DNA of 63,154 nucleotides, taken from Neovahlkampfia damariscottae. Its lineage: Eukaryota. The notes under the pieces are model-generated. The model was given only the letters and a program-made list of their open reading frames with translations. It did not search any database and was not told the DNA's origin. Location: positions 1 to 63,154 of the forward strand of contig JABLTG010000122.1 of NCBI GenBank assembly GCA_016618085.1. Direction: 5' to 3'. This document shows positions 50,029-63,154 of the stretch, piece by piece. The translations under genes and the position numbers were made by a program. Position 1 is the first letter of the stretch; every line of letters starts with the position of its first letter.

Positions 50029-51970
50029 TTATTTTGAAATTCTAAATGTTCTTGAAAAGTGAGAAGCTTTTGTTCTATCATCTCTAATTTCTTTTGACAA
50101 ATAAATTGCTTCAATTTTCCATGAACCAATAGCATCAGCTTCTTTCAATTTCCATTTATATTTATTAGCCAATTCAGTTTGTTCTTTTGAATCTTTGAAC
50201 CATTTAATTTCAAATTTTTCACCATCAATTGCACCATCTTCTCTGAATTGTCCAATTTTAACAAAAATAGCTTCTACTTTAACTTTTGCATCATCCTGTT
50301 TTTCAATTTTAACTTCATCAATACAATTTATTTTTCTGAAAAATTGAAGCCACATATTTTCTTTACAAACTTCGCAAAAATCAATAGATGTCATATTTCT
50401 CATTAAACAATGTTCATTTTGTGATCTATAACCAGATCTACGATTTCCATTATATAAAGGATAACTAAAATTATGAATTAAAAAATATTGTCTTACGCAT
50501 TGATATAATCATTTTTCCATTGATATTCATCATCATTTTTATATTCATTCAATCCAACATTACAAACTTGACGAATATGTCCAGAAGGTCTTGTTTTTTG
50601 TTCAAATTTTAAAATATGATTTCCTCTTGAAAAACCTTCTTTTCCATAAAATTCATAAAATGATCTGTCTTTTAATTTTTGTGATTTCCATGGTAATGGT
50701 GTTCCATCAATTGAAATTTCACATGAGTCTTGTGTTTCACATCCAGAGATTGAAAATCTCAAAAACCATCTTTTAAAGTTTCCATCACTTGTGAATCTAA
50801 TTTGAAGTGGTCCTTTAGCAAGGTCATACCATGGGTATGCGTTAATACGATTTGCTGAGTTTTGTGCTTTTGCAGGTGCTGATAACCATTTTTTCCATCT
50901 GTCTTCAGCATCTCTGATATTTTTTGCATGATTAGCTCCAAAGTAATATCCAGCATCATATTCTTCTCCAACTCTTCCAAAGTTATGTCCAAATTCTAAT
51001 TGTAAAAAAAATGAATTTTTTGTATTCTTACCATGACGTAAAACAACTGTTCCTGAAGTAACTGATTCTGTTGAGATAGCAAATTCACCTCCTAAACCAC
51101 CATAATATGGATCATTTCCAATGATTGTTGGAAAGTCACATGCTTTTGCTCCAGTAGCTCTACAAGCAGATCTAGCAGCAGCAGTGTTTCCTGGATAAAT
51201 ACCTCTTAATTGAGTACCTTGTCTATAAAGACGAAAAGCTGTATTTTTAGATCTTCCTCCAACACCAATACCAGATTCAATGGATGGTCTATAAACAGCC
51301 CATGTATTGAAGACTTAAAAAAAAGTTTAGTATTTTTTTTTTAATTTTACGTGGTAAATAAGGTTTGAAAGTTGCTTGTCTGAACATATCTGATTCTAAT
51401 CTTTTCATGTGAGTGAGATGTTTTTGTTTTTCTGCGATTGTGTAACCGTCACCCATGAAAACAACATCAATTCTATTGTCTATATGAAAAAATAAACCAT
51501 TTAAAAATTTAAATACCTGATGGTCCTGAGTATGTCAATTTTGTCTTTTTAAATTAAAAAAAAAAAAAAAAAAATCTTACAACTTCATCTTGGACATTTG
51601 AGTCTTTTTTTTCAACAACTGTTTTAAAAACTTTTGAACATAAACTGAGTAACTTCATGTTGACAGCATTTTTATCAGCTCCAAAAATTTCAACTACGTC
51701 ATCTGTTTTATAAGTTTTTTCATGTTCCATGAATTGTGGCATTCTTTCAACAATTACAGTGTTAGATTTTTTGTATTTTTCATCTTCATGATTTGCAACT
51801 CTGTGAATAGCATCATCTTCTTGTGAAATAATTTCACAGTTTTGGTAGATTTTATTTTCGAGTTGTGAACCGATAAATTTGATGGAGTGGGTTTTGGATG
51901 TATCAATATGTTGAACTTGAAAAGCAAAAACAAGAGAAACTAAAAGTGTTAAAGTTACCAAAAACTTCAT
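50029..51970 (-). CDS. Secreted peptidase M64 (IgA-peptidase-like) metalloprotease, multi-exon
   Basis: RIDVVFMGDGYT, YYGGLGGEFAI, LRH|E.GHNF...GEEYD and CLMRNM...FCEVCKE. Confidence 0.8.
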
Positions 51971-52117
51971 CTTGTTTGATTGGTGGAAATAGATTTTTTC
52001 AGAAACGTTTTTTTCAAGAACAAAGTGAAAAAAAGAACCACTTCACTGATTAAAAAGTGGAAAGATTTCACTTCATTAAATTCTGAAACTCTTTTCTCTT
52101 CATTCGAAACTTAAAAT

Positions 52118-52591
52118 TTATTGAACAAAGTAAATCATAAAAACTGCCAAAGCAATACTCATCAAATAGACCAACAATACTGAAGGAACATTTTTTTGTT
52201 TTGTGACTGTTTCAGGTTTTGACAATTCTACAACTTTCAAGAATTGTTTTGATGAATTTTCAGGCACAGAACCTGTTGAATTGGTTTTAATCACTTCTTT
52301 AAATCTTCTTTCTGAAATTTGTTTTTGGAGTGCCAACTTGATCAAATTTACGATTTTTTTATTCGAAAAATCTGTTACTTCTTTGAATTCAGATATTATT
52401 GTTTGGAGTTTGTCAATTTCAAACATTTGTTGATTTTGGTTTGATGATCCTTTTGAAAATTGAATTTTGTTTTTTAATTTTGTTTCCAAGATTTGAATAA
52501 GTTCAGAATCCGTTTCTACTTCCATATTCATTTTCTCCAAGGCCATTACAAAAACATTTATCCCTATATTTTCCTTTGGTTTGAAATTCAT
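52118..52591 (-). CDS. Hypothetical tail-anchored protein
   Basis: 157-aa ORF with a C-terminal TM helix. Confidence 0.45.
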   Translation of the reverse strand: MNFKPKENIGINVFVMALEKMNMEVETDSELIQILETKLKNKIQFSKGSSNQNQQMFEIDKLQTIISEFKEVTDFSNKKIVNLIKLALQKQISERRFKEVIKTNSTGSVPENSSKQFLKVVELSKPETVTKQKNVPSVLLVYLMSIALAVFMIYFVQ

Positions 52592-52800
52592 TTTTTGGGT
52601 TCAAATACTCGAATAAAAATATCCAATCAAAAGTTAGATCAAATAATTCTCAGACTCTATTTGATGATGTGTTGCAAAGACTTCTTTGGGGGAACGTTGA
52701 AAACTCATTTATTCATCAAATGGAAAATCAAGTTCTTGACAAAGTTCACACTGATGAATAATTTGGTCTACTCTTTTTGTGTATTTTTTTATGAAAATAT

Positions 52801-55800
52801 TTATTTTGTAAGATAGATTGTGAATTTTTCACCATTTTCTTCATGTTCAACTTGTTGAATAATTTCTTTTCCTTCTGGAGCAGCAAAACCAACGTTCATT
52901 CCTTTCAATAAAGTTTCAACAAGAGATTGATGAACTTTTAAAGCAGACAAAAGTTTTGATTCATTTTGGAATGAATAATAAACATCAGCTTTATCAGTAA
53001 CGAATAATTTTGCAGATTTACGCAATTTTTGAACATGAGCTGTTAAAACTCTTACCATACCTTCAGCCCAAAGTTTATCATCAACTACGTGATTCATCAC
53101 AACCATAACATCACCAGTTGATAAAGCAACATATTTTTTTGCATCACCTACAAATTTTTTTTCAATCACAATATCAGAAAGTGAGATATCTTCATCTTCA
53201 ACTTTGATTGTTTTTTTTTCTTTCAAGATTGAAACTAATTCATCATGTGATAATTGTTTGATTTTCTTTCCAACAGCACCTGCTTTCTTTTTTAATCTAG
53301 CACCTAACTCTTTGTGATTGGAAGTTGAGCTCAATGTGATGAAACCTTCAAATTTAGAAGTGAGTTTCAATTCTTTGCAATTTAATTCTTCTTTGATGTA
53401 ACTTTCAACATTTTTCAAATCATCAAGATATTCTTCATTCAAATGGAGAACAGTGAATTCAGATAATGGCATTTTCAATTCATGACCATGATTTTTATCA
53501 TTTCTCAATGCACGTCCTGTTTCTACAACTTCTTGCATACGTTCAACCATTCTTTCAATATCTGTGTTAACTTTTGATTCATCATATTCAGGAATCATTA
53601 AATAATGAATTGAATCTTGACGTTTTTCTTTTGGAATTAAATTCTTCAAATTTTGATACATGAATTCAGTTAAATAAGGTGTAAAAGGAGCCATTGTTCT
53701 GATTGAGATCATTAAAACGTTAAATAAAGCAATAAGTGCTTGAAATTGATCTTCTTTTCCTTGAGTTCCTTTTAATCTTGGTCTGTTCATTCTAACATAC
53801 CATTTTGTCAATTGATCAATAAATGTAACAAGTTTTGGAATAACAGTATAAAGTCTATAACCTTCCATTTCTTGTCTAACAAATTTTACTAAACTTTGAC
53901 TTGATGAAACAATCCATTTATCCATAAAATTAGTCAATTTAGTTTCTTCTGCTTCAACAGATGAAAATAAATGACCATGTTCTTGTTCAAAAACTTGAGC
54001 ATTTTGAATGAAAAATCTATAAGCATTATACCATGGTAAGAATACTCTTTTGACAACTTCAAAAACACCTTCTTCTTTAAATTTAAGTGGTTCAGCTCTA
54101 ACAACAGGTGAATTGATTAAATATAATCTAAGTGCATCTGCTCCATATTTATCAACAACTTCAATTGGATCTGGATAATTTTTTAATCTTTTACTCATTT
54201 TTTTTCCATCTGAAGCTAAAACAAGTCCATTAACAATTAAATTTTTCCAAGGTGCTTTATCAAAGATTGCACTTCCTAAAACTAATAAAGTATAAAACCA
54301 TCCTCTTGTTTGATCTAAACCTTCAGCAATAAAATCAGCTGGGAATGTTTTTTCAAATTTTTCTTTATTTTCAAATGGATAATGACATTGAGCATATGGC
54401 ATTGATCCACTTTCAAACCAACAATCAAAAACTTCTTCAATTCTATGAAGTTTTCCTTTTCCTTTTTGTGATGGGATTGTAATATCATCAATGTGATGTC
54501 TATGAAGATCTTTCACTTTTTTTCCAGATAATTTTTCTAATTCTTCAATTGATCCAATACAAACAACTTCTTCATAATCATCACTAACCCAAATTGGTAA
54601 TGGTGTTCCCCAATATCTATTTCTTGAAACAGCCCAATCTCTTGCATCTTGTAACCAATTATGGAATCTTTTTTCTTTAACAAAATCAGGTACCCAATAA
54701 GTATCTTTGTTATTTTTTAATAATGAATCTTTGATGTTTTCAACTCTAACAAACCAACTTGGAATTGTTCTATAGAGAAGTGGTGTATCTGATCTCCAAC
54801 AAAATGGATAACTATGAATAATAGATCCTTGATTTACAACTCTTCCTTCATCTTTAAGTTTTTTGATAATTGCTTTGTCTGCATCTTTAACAAATAATCC
54901 AGTCCACTCTGATATTTTTTTTGTAAATCTACCATTTTCGTCAATTGGACATGGAACATTTTCTTTTTCAATGATACCTTGAGCTAAACAAACTTTATAA
55001 TCATCTTCACCAAAACCAGGAGCACAATGAACAATACCAGTACCAGCATCTTCTGTAACAAAGTCACCCATGATAATTTTGAATGCAACATCTGATTTCT
55101 TAAAAGAAAATATAGGTTAGTAGTTATGTTTTTTTACTTCTTCAAAGTAATTGAATAAAGGAACATATTTTGTATCTTTAAGTTTAATTCCTTTAAAAGT
55201 GTCCAAAATTTTATAATTTTGTTGTTGTTTTTTGGTGTAAAGTTGAACAAGTCTAGCTTTCATCATGATATAAACATTACCTGTTGGTACATCTTGAATT
55301 TTAACATAATCTTTTTCTGGATGAACACAAAGTGCAAGATTTGAAGGTAATGTCCATGGTGTTGTTGTCCATGCAATAAATTTAACATCTTTATCTTCAA
55401 CTAAAGGAAAAGTAACAACAACTTGAGAATTTGTAATTTAAAAAAAAAAAAAAAAAACTATACTTGCAGGATCTGAAACATTTTTGTAATTTGAATTTGC
55501 TTCAAAATTTGAAAGTGGAGTTGTACAAGCACATGAATAAGGCATAACTTTAAAACCACGATAAACCAAATCTTTATCAAATAATTGTTTGAAAACCCAC
55601 CAAACACTTTAATCATGTTAAAATTTTTTTTAAATTTAACTAACCTTTCCATGTATTCAACATTCATTGTTTTGTAATCATTATCAAAGTCAATCCATCT
55701 TCCCATACGTGTAACTGTTTTTCTCCACTCTGATGCATATCTCATGACAATACCACGACACTCTTCATTGTAGTTGCCAATACCAAATTTTAAAATTTCT

Positions 55801-56173
55801 TCTTTTGTCATATCTTTAATTGCTCCTTGTTCTTTGAGTAATTTTTCAATTTCAAATTCAATTGGAAGACCATGACAATCCCAACCAAACCTTCTTTCAA
55901 CGTAATGACCTGTTTGATGTGCATAACGAGTGACCACGTCTTTCATTGTACCAGCTAAAATATGACCATAATGTGGTAAACCTGTAGCAAATGGTGGTCC
56001 ATCATAAAATGAAAATGGTTTTTTTCCTTCAGATTGTTTTAAGCAAGTTTCAAAAGCTTTGATTTCTTCCCAAAATTTTCCAATTTTTTCTTCTTCTTTT
56101 GCAAAACTTGGACTTCCTTCGTCAACTATTTGATGTGTCAGACATTTTTTGCTTTACCGTTTTTTAAACTCAT
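52801..56173 (-). CDS. IARS1: Cytosolic isoleucyl-tRNA synthetase
   Basis: [48 protein letters not shown] and KMSKR. Confidence 0.96.
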
Positions 56174-56446
56174 TGTTTGTTTTGTTTTCAGGAATTGACC
56201 AATCGGAATCTTTTATACTTCCAATTTGATTAAATTCTAAAATTGAAGGAAACATTCAACTTTAAATTTGTTTATCTTTGTAGGACTTTCACAAAGTTTA
56301 TGTCAAATTGACTTAAAAAATCCACTAAGAACTCAAAAGCTTCTCGATAAGGGTTAGATCCAATTCTAAGAAATCCATGATTGACTAACTATTTAATTCT
56401 TCTTTTTTTTTTGTCCAATCAACAAAAAGCCGTTGAAGTCAGTTGA

Positions 56447-57994
56447 ATGTCAAAACTTCACTCACTCAAACATCTGAATTTTTCTGATGTACAAAATGAA
56501 GGTAGTTTAAACCCTGAAGTACTTAATAGTCCAACAAACATTGACATTATTGAAGTCAATTCACCCACCACAACACAACTGGAAAAAAAAAAAAAAAAAA
56601 AATTGACAGAGATAGAACCTGATATATTTAAACACATGATCACAAACAAGTCAACATCTATTCATGAAATCCAACAAAAAGGTTTAAAAATTTTTTTATT
56701 TTTTTTTTCAACAATTGGAACTGAAAAATATGGTAAAAAACAATAATTTGAGGTTTTAATATATTCATCAGATATCATAGAAGAAATTTATGAAATGACT
56801 GATTTGCTGATGAAGACAAAGTATGTTCCAATTCTTTGTGTTCCTGAAACATTGGAAGATTTTGATAAATGGATAAATTTGGAGAATTCAAGAAAGAAAT
56901 ATCAAAAATTACTGAGAGTTTGTGGAATTAAATTTAGTTTAGATTTTGATTTACCTGTTTTAGGAAACCGTAGAAATCGTTCTCAATCCATGTTGGAACC
57001 AAAAACAACAATTTCTAAACAACAAACTGATACTTATTTACATGCAACTTTCGTGATACATAACGATAGAATAGTTGCTGAATATAGAAACAATGCAAAA
57101 AGATTTGACTTTTCACAATTTGTTTGTGACACAGGTAATCAACAAAAAAATTAAAAAATTTCAAAAGAACTTTTTGGAATTGATCCTGATTTATTTTCAA
57201 ATTCAAAGTTAAAAATGACAACAGTTAGGAAAAATGAATCTTCTCAACTGACTCAATTGGTTGATTTATTGATATCACCAACAGACAATAAAAATAATAT
57301 TTTATCACCAAGAAGTCCAAGAAGAAAAGAAAATGATGAAGAATCAAAAAATCAAAAGAGACTTTCTAAAAAATCAAGTTTAAAAGATTTATTCATTGGA
57401 ACTCGTAATAAAAGATCCCAAAGTGTTAGAATTGAAACAAAATCAGCAAACAACTTATTTCCAACTTTATCACCAAGAGGAGTATCACCTGTTTCACCTA
57501 GAGGATTCTCTGTGTTTTCACCAAGAGGTCTTTCAAAAATATTCACTGGAAAAACCAAAAAAATGTTAGATATTCCATCACCAAGAGAAACTGTTGAAGA
57601 AGAAATTTTATCATTGGAGAATTTGCCAAATTTAGAAATACAAGATGTTTTAGATAATTTAGAGTTTCGAAAATTTTTCAAACTTCATCTGAAGAATGAA
57701 TGGTGTGCTGAGAATATTGTCTTTTATGAAGAAATTGAAATTTATAAAAAATTGGATTTCAATCAAAGAAAAGAGAAATCTTTGGAAATGATTCAACAAT
57801 TCTTTAGTACTGCATCAATGCTTGAAATTAATACATCTCAAACTTTGAAAAATGATGTTTTGGCAATGACCAAAAATGAAGAAGCTCCATTAGATTTATT
57901 TGACGAAATTATTGCTGACTTAATGTCCAATATGTTGTTGGATAGTTTTAAAAGATTCAAAAAAACTCAATTGTATGCCAAAATGTTTCAATAA
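56447..57994 (+). CDS. RGS-domain protein with SPR repeats
   Basis: FKLHLKNEWCAENIVFYEEI...LEINTS...DSFKRF. Confidence 0.75.
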
Positions 57995-58011
57995 AATCTA
58001 CTTGTAAATGT

Positions 58012-58884
58012 TTATTCCTCAAATAGTTTTGAGATTTCAGACGAATGTCTTGTCATTGCAAATTCTTTTGGACTTGGAAGATAACCTGTTGAAATGTGCA
58101 TATTTGCACCATATTTCAAAAGAATTTTAATGCAAGTTGCTCTATTCTTTCGGACTGCAACATGAAGTGATGTCCAAGCATCAGCATCTTCCACATCGAC
58201 ATTGATCAAATTATTGGACAAAATGAATTCCAAAATATCAGAGTGGCCACAAGCACTTGCTATATGTAAACATGTTTGACCAAAATTCAATTCAGTCAAT
58301 GAAGGTTGAACTCCTGATTCAATCAATAATTTCAACAGAGAAATATGACCATAATATGTAGCAATATGAATAGCCCTTCTTCCATTTGGATCTGTTACGT
58401 TTATTATTCTTTCTTTTGAATATTTCAAACTTTGAAAATCAAGAAACTCCAAATAAATTGGGATCAAATCGATTTTGTTATTTTTTACACAATCATGAAA
58501 TGATTCAGAAAATATTGGGTAATATACCTTGATTAAAGTATTCACTTGATTGATTTTTATCAAGTCAAGCTGTAGTCCTCTCATATGATTCCTTAAGAAT
58601 TTATCCCAATTGTTGTGTTGGGAAAAAGCAAGAATCAGCATCGAATTGGTTGTAACATTTTGAGTTTTGAAGCATTTAAAATATTCTTTAAAATGTAGTT
58701 TAATCTCTTCAGGTTTAAATTTTTGAGGTTTTGAGTCAAAATTCAGTAAAAATAAATTTTGTAAAAAAAAATCAGAGTTGACAATTCTGTGCAGTTTTTT
58801 TGAAAGGAATTGAATTTTTGAAAAGATTTCGGACACATCCAAGTATAAGATGATTTCGTATAGAGAGTCATCAGTGAACTTCAT
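58012..58884 (-). CDS. F-box + ankyrin-repeat protein
   Basis: FTDDSLYEIILYL...LSKK F-box; GRRAIHIA, GQTCLHIA and WTSLHVA ankyrin repeats. Confidence 0.85.
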   Translation of the reverse strand: MKFTDDSLYEIILYLDVSEIFSKIQFLSKKLHRIVNSDFFLQNLFLLNFDSKPQKFKPEEIKLHFKEYFKCFKTQNVTTNSMLILAFSQHNNWDKFLRNHMRGLQLDLIKINQVNTLIKVYYPIFSESFHDCVKNNKIDLIPIYLEFLDFQSLKYSKERIINVTDPNGRRAIHIATYYGHISLLKLLIESGVQPSLTELNFGQTCLHIASACGHSDILEFILSNNLINVDVEDADAWTSLHVAVRKNRATCIKILLKYGANMHISTGYLPSPKEFAMTRHSSEISKLFEE

Positions 58885-59116
58885 AACTTCGAGTTGGTGT
58901 TCGGAAGACGATCGATTGGTTTATTTTCCAAGCTTTAAAGTAAACAATCCAAAATCGAGGAAATTACTTACCGTAATTAACCCAGTTTTCTGTTTTAAAA
59001 ATAAGCTGAAAAAACTTACAGTTTTATTTTGTTTTTTTTAATAATAAAAAAAAAAACAATTCTCAAAAAAATCATGTATCCAATAGATTTTAATTAGTCG
59101 GTATTTCATCAAGTAA

Positions 59117-59198
59117 TCGGGTGTGGTATAGTGGTAGAATTCAAGACTGTCAAATCAACAGTACTCTTGCGACCCGGGTTCAATTCCCGGCACTCGAG
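59117..59198 (+). tRNA. tRNA-Asp(GTC) with an 11-nt canonical intron (59153-59163)
   Basis: Acceptor stem TCGGGTG/CACTCGA, D-loop AGTGGTA, anticodon stem CAAGA/TCTTG with CT-GTC-A, T-arm CCGGG-TTCAATT-CCCGG, and a downstream T-run terminator. Confidence 0.92.
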
Positions 59199-59305
59199 AC
59201 CAATATTTTTTTTGAAATTTCTTTGTATAATAATGCATTTTGATTCTTGTGATTGAGTCCAATAAGGAAAAGAGATACACAAACATACAGTTTATTTTTC
59301 GGATT

Positions 59306-60992
59306 TCAATTTACAGTTTCCGTTGAAATTGCATTTGTTGTGTTATACCATTGTTTGTATTCATCATAAACAACGATTCTATTGAATGTATCTCTCATAT
59401 TTCTTTTTGTTTCTTTAATTGCATCATCAAAAATATTTTGAAATACTTCTTTATACTCGTCAAAATTCCTAACTTTTTCCTGGGTTATTTTTCGAACGTT
59501 ACTTGATAAATTAACTTCCAAAGGTGCTCCCACAATCACAAAATTATTCAACAATTCTTCTGATCTCTTCTTCGCATATTTGATTGATGAAATCTTTTGA
59601 TATTTTTTAACATCTTCATAGAACAAGATGTTCTCTAAAGACCATTCTTTTTTTGCATATTTTTTGAAAATTTCTTTTCCTTTTTTGGTATTGATAAACG
59701 CTTCAAAATCTGATTCGTACACTTTTGGTGTTAAAACTCTTTTGATTTTATTAACAAATAAGATGATCAATGGCATTCCATTAAGTGCTAAAATCATCAA
59801 TAATTCAAAAAGAAATAATAATAGAACTAAAATCAATGATCTAATTTGACCAGCGGTATCTGATGTTTCATCTGATTTTGTTCGTTGATTAATAACAAAA
59901 AATATCAACGGCAGAAATGAAAACAGTCCAGCAAACATAGTTACAAATAAATCTACCAAGAATTCTATTCTGAAGCAAAATGGATCATCCAATAGGAAAT
60001 AACCTTTGATGCTAAATCCATTTTCTTTGTTGAATAAAATGAAATCAATGGTTATTAAAGTGATGTTAAAAACGACTAAAAATAAAACAATAAATGGTGT
60101 TGCTAAAATTCCGACTGCATTGGCTGCTGGATAGTTTGAAAATGTGCAACTGGCTGGAAATGTCAATATCTCCATCAATCCATTCACTGCAACTTGCAAC
60201 AGGATTATGCACTTTAAAATATTAGATGATGAACAAATTTCTTACTATAACAAAAGGAATAGTAATCAAAATAATGAAATAATTGGATGCAAAAAATTTT
60301 GCAAGTTTAATTTTCCGTATCATTTTTTGAATTTCCTTTACATCTTCAGGATCAAAATCAACACTAAAATTTGTTGTAGATGAAGTTGTACTCTTTTCTG
60401 TTTCATTATTTTCCTTCAATTCAAGTTCTAAAATATTTTAACTCAAATAAAGATCACCTTTTTCCGATGTTTCTTTCTTCAGTATCGTTTTTTTTCTTGA
60501 TTTTTTTGGTAGATTTTCTGACAGTTTTTTCAAATTCTTTGAATTTCTGTCATCAAAAAAACCCCATGTTAAATCTTTCAAAGAATCTATTCTCTTGTTG
60601 AGTAAATATTTGGATAAATTCAAAGTTTGAAAAAAAGCAAAAACTGCAATAAAAGGTGAAAATGTTATCATTGACCACCAACAAGAAAAACTAAAAAAAA
60701 GGTGAGTTACCAATTGTAAAACAAACTGGTTTGTGAATGAAGTGGTATTTGCTGTTTTTAACCAGGAAAATGTGCTCACATAGATTCTTATAATAAATAA
60801 AATAATGGGTATTGTTGCTATGAAAGGTAGTATTCCTCTGTACTTTATTTCATTTGACCGCCTGAAAATGGTCAGAAAACAAAATACCGATATCACTAAC
60901 AAAGTGTTAAATGATTGAAGGCCAATTAACACACCATCAGCAGCAATGAAAGTGAATGTGGGTGCAGTGGCGTTATAGGTTGTTGAATTCAT
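59306..60992 (-). CDS. Multi-TM protein with C-terminal RGS domain (7TM-RGS-like)
   Basis: Hydrophobic helices, then FKKYAKKEWSLENILFY...LEVNLS...DTFNR; includes introns or frameshifts. Confidence 0.75.
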
Positions 60993-61142
60993 CTTCCGAA
61001 ATAAGTGAGAAGTAGTGATTGGTCGACCATTTTTGGTCAATGAATTTTCTTTAAGAGGCGAATTTTTCACATTCCAAAAACTTCTCCAAAATTGGATGGT
61101 TTTATTTTATCCAAAATAGTTCAGAGTTGTTGCGAAAAAAAA

Positions 61143-62270
61143 TTAATTGATTGGCTCTTGTGTGTCAATTATTCTTTTCGAATTTTCAAACCATGCATGA
61201 TATTCTTCTTGAGCAACAATTCTATTGTATGTGTCCCTCATGTTTCTTTTTGTTTCTTTCAATGCATCATCAAAAATACTCTGATAAACTTCTTTGTATT
61301 CATCAAAATTCTTAATCTTCTCTGTCGTAGTTCTTCTGACGTTGCTTGACCAATTCACTCCAAACGTGATCCAACGATCACAAAATTATCAAATATCTCT
61401 TGAGCTCTTCTATTAGCAAATTTAATAGACGCTAGCTTTTGATATTTTTGGATATCTTCAAAGAACAAAATGTTCTCTAGTGACCATTCTTGCTTTGCAT
61501 ATTTTTTGAAAATTTCTTTTCCTTGTTTTGTATTCACGAAGGCTTCAAATTCAGAGTCAAATATTCTTGGACGTATTGCTTGTTTGACTTTATTGATGAT
61601 TGCATATAAAAGACCAATTGCATACAATGTCAAAATTAACGTTATTTCTGCGAAATCCATAAGGATCATCAGTGAAAAAATAATTCTTCACTCTGCATCC
61701 ATTTTCTTTGACAAATAAAACAATATCAAAGTAATCAAAGCGGTATTGAAAACAAAAATACCAAAAAATAATATTGACGAAACCAAACTTCCAATTGCAT
61801 TTGCCAGTCCAAAATTTCTGAAGGTGCAAGTCTTTGGCAAAGTAACGAGCTCCATGATTCCATTGAGACCAAATTGCAATAAAAAAACCATCTAAAAAAT
61901 GTAAAAAAAATGCAATTATGATTACCAAAACAAAAGGAATAGTAACCAAAATGATAAAAAAATTAGATGTAAAAAATTTTGCAATTTTGACTTTTGTGAT
62001 AATTCTTCTGATTTCTTTGACCTCTTCGTAATCAAAATCAACACTATATGTATTGTATGAAGATGGATTACTCTTTTCATTCTCTTTTGAAACATCTTTC
62101 AATTCAATTTCTATTCAGAGCTTTTCAGACAACAAAAATAACGAACCTAGTCCCACTTTTGATTTTCTTCTTTCAGATTTCTTTGATTTTTCTTCGTTTT
62201 TGATTTTTGTTTGTTCTTTCAATTTTTTTAAGTTTTTTGAGTTTCTATCATCGTAAAAGCCCCAAGTCAA
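61143..62270 (-). pseudogene. 5'-truncated, frameshifted tandem copy of the TM-RGS gene
   Basis: Similarity to the neighbouring gene starts abruptly at LTWGFYDDRNSKNLKK (~62270); several frame changes. Confidence 0.6.
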
Positions 62271-62289
62271 AATGATTGTTTATATAAAT

Positions 62290-62670
62290 TTATTTCATTT
62301 TCTTTGACGGATTACTTTCATCAAAATTAATTTGTTTTCTGGTTTCACTTGAATATTTAAAGTGAAACATAACGTTGTATGCAGAAATTTCTCTGATGAA
62401 TTTGGAATATTTTTTGTATATCCATTCAATTTCTTTGTCCCCTTTTAATTCAGATGATGCATATTGAAGTAAAGAACCATCTTGTTTTACTACTTCCAAA
62501 ATTACTTCTTGATCATTTTTTAATTCTGATGATGTATATTGAAGTGAATAACCTTCTTGTTTTACTGCTTCCAAAACTACTTCTTTATCATTTTTTAATT
62601 CTGGTGATGAATATAAAAGTGAATAACCACCTCGTTTCACTTTTTCCAAAACTTCTTTTTTTGAAAGCAT
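62290..62670 (-). CDS. DUF4116-repeat protein
   Basis: Three 25-aa repeats KEVVLEAVKQ.G.SLQY.S.ELKND. Confidence 0.8.
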   Translation of the reverse strand: MLSKKEVLEKVKRGGYSLLYSSPELKNDKEVVLEAVKQEGYSLQYTSSELKNDQEVILEVVKQDGSLLQYASSELKGDKEIEWIYKKYSKFIREISAYNVMFHFKYSSETRKQINFDESNPSKKMK

Positions 62671-63154
62671 TTTTATTGGGTAAATAAATTCAACAGAAAT
62701 TATTATTAAATATTTAAAAGAAGTCAAGCAATAAATGATTACATTTGAATAAAACACTTAGAAAGAAATCAATAAAAAATTTCTAAAAGAAATCAAAGAA
62801 TTAAGACGGTCAATGAATTGATGGTTATTGTGATAAAAGTGGCCAATTAGATTTAATTTTGCCAGTTATTTTTAGAATTTTTACTTGAAGTTGTTCAACT
62901 AGAAAATACTGAAAAAGATCTCAAGTATTTAAAATGTCCAAACAGCTCAAATTGGATTCATTTTGGAAAGAAAAAAATGTTACTTCAACATCAACAACAG
63001 AAGTGATAAAAAAGAGAAAACTTGAAGAACAAAAAGTTCAACAAAAGAAACAGGAAATATGAAATCAACATATAAACAAGGAAAAGATTCGTATCCTTTT
63101 TGGTGGACTAAAGAAAAAGAAGACATGCTACAAGTGAAAAGTATACCTTCAAGT

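Noticed and set aside
62978..63154. Possible gene start at the window end
   Set aside because: Short, interrupted, and no recognisable motif.

Overview
AT-rich eukaryotic (protist) genomic DNA with very short (~26-45 nt) GT-AG introns, CCAAT-rich intergenic regions and expanded RGS, LRR and DUF4116 genes. A heterolobosean-like amoeba is my inference, not verified. Three zones. (1) 1-~10455 is the right part of an integrated virophage: Sputnik-like major and minor capsid genes, a fibre-like gene, an rve integrase, and a pPolB-like/SF1-helicase/HNH gene. (2) 10547-13572 is a small ankyrin-repeat gene whose apparent 2.5-kb 'minisatellite' reads as 67 consecutive phase-0 mini-introns (consensus GTAAG...TGATTAG) separated by 66 variable single-codon (3-nt) micro-exons. 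None is a stop codon, and they fall in the predicted ankyrin binding loop. This is a candidate system for building hypervariable binding loops one codon at a time and is the most striking feature of the window; it needs transcript data to confirm. (3) 14 kb to the end holds ordinary host genes (MKP1-like phosphatase, pirin, calpain, ABCB10, IleRS, AOAH, RBBP6, RGS proteins, intron-containing tRNA-Asp). Several single-base frameshifts at homopolymers suggest assembly indels or decay. All homology calls come from motif recognition; no searches were run.
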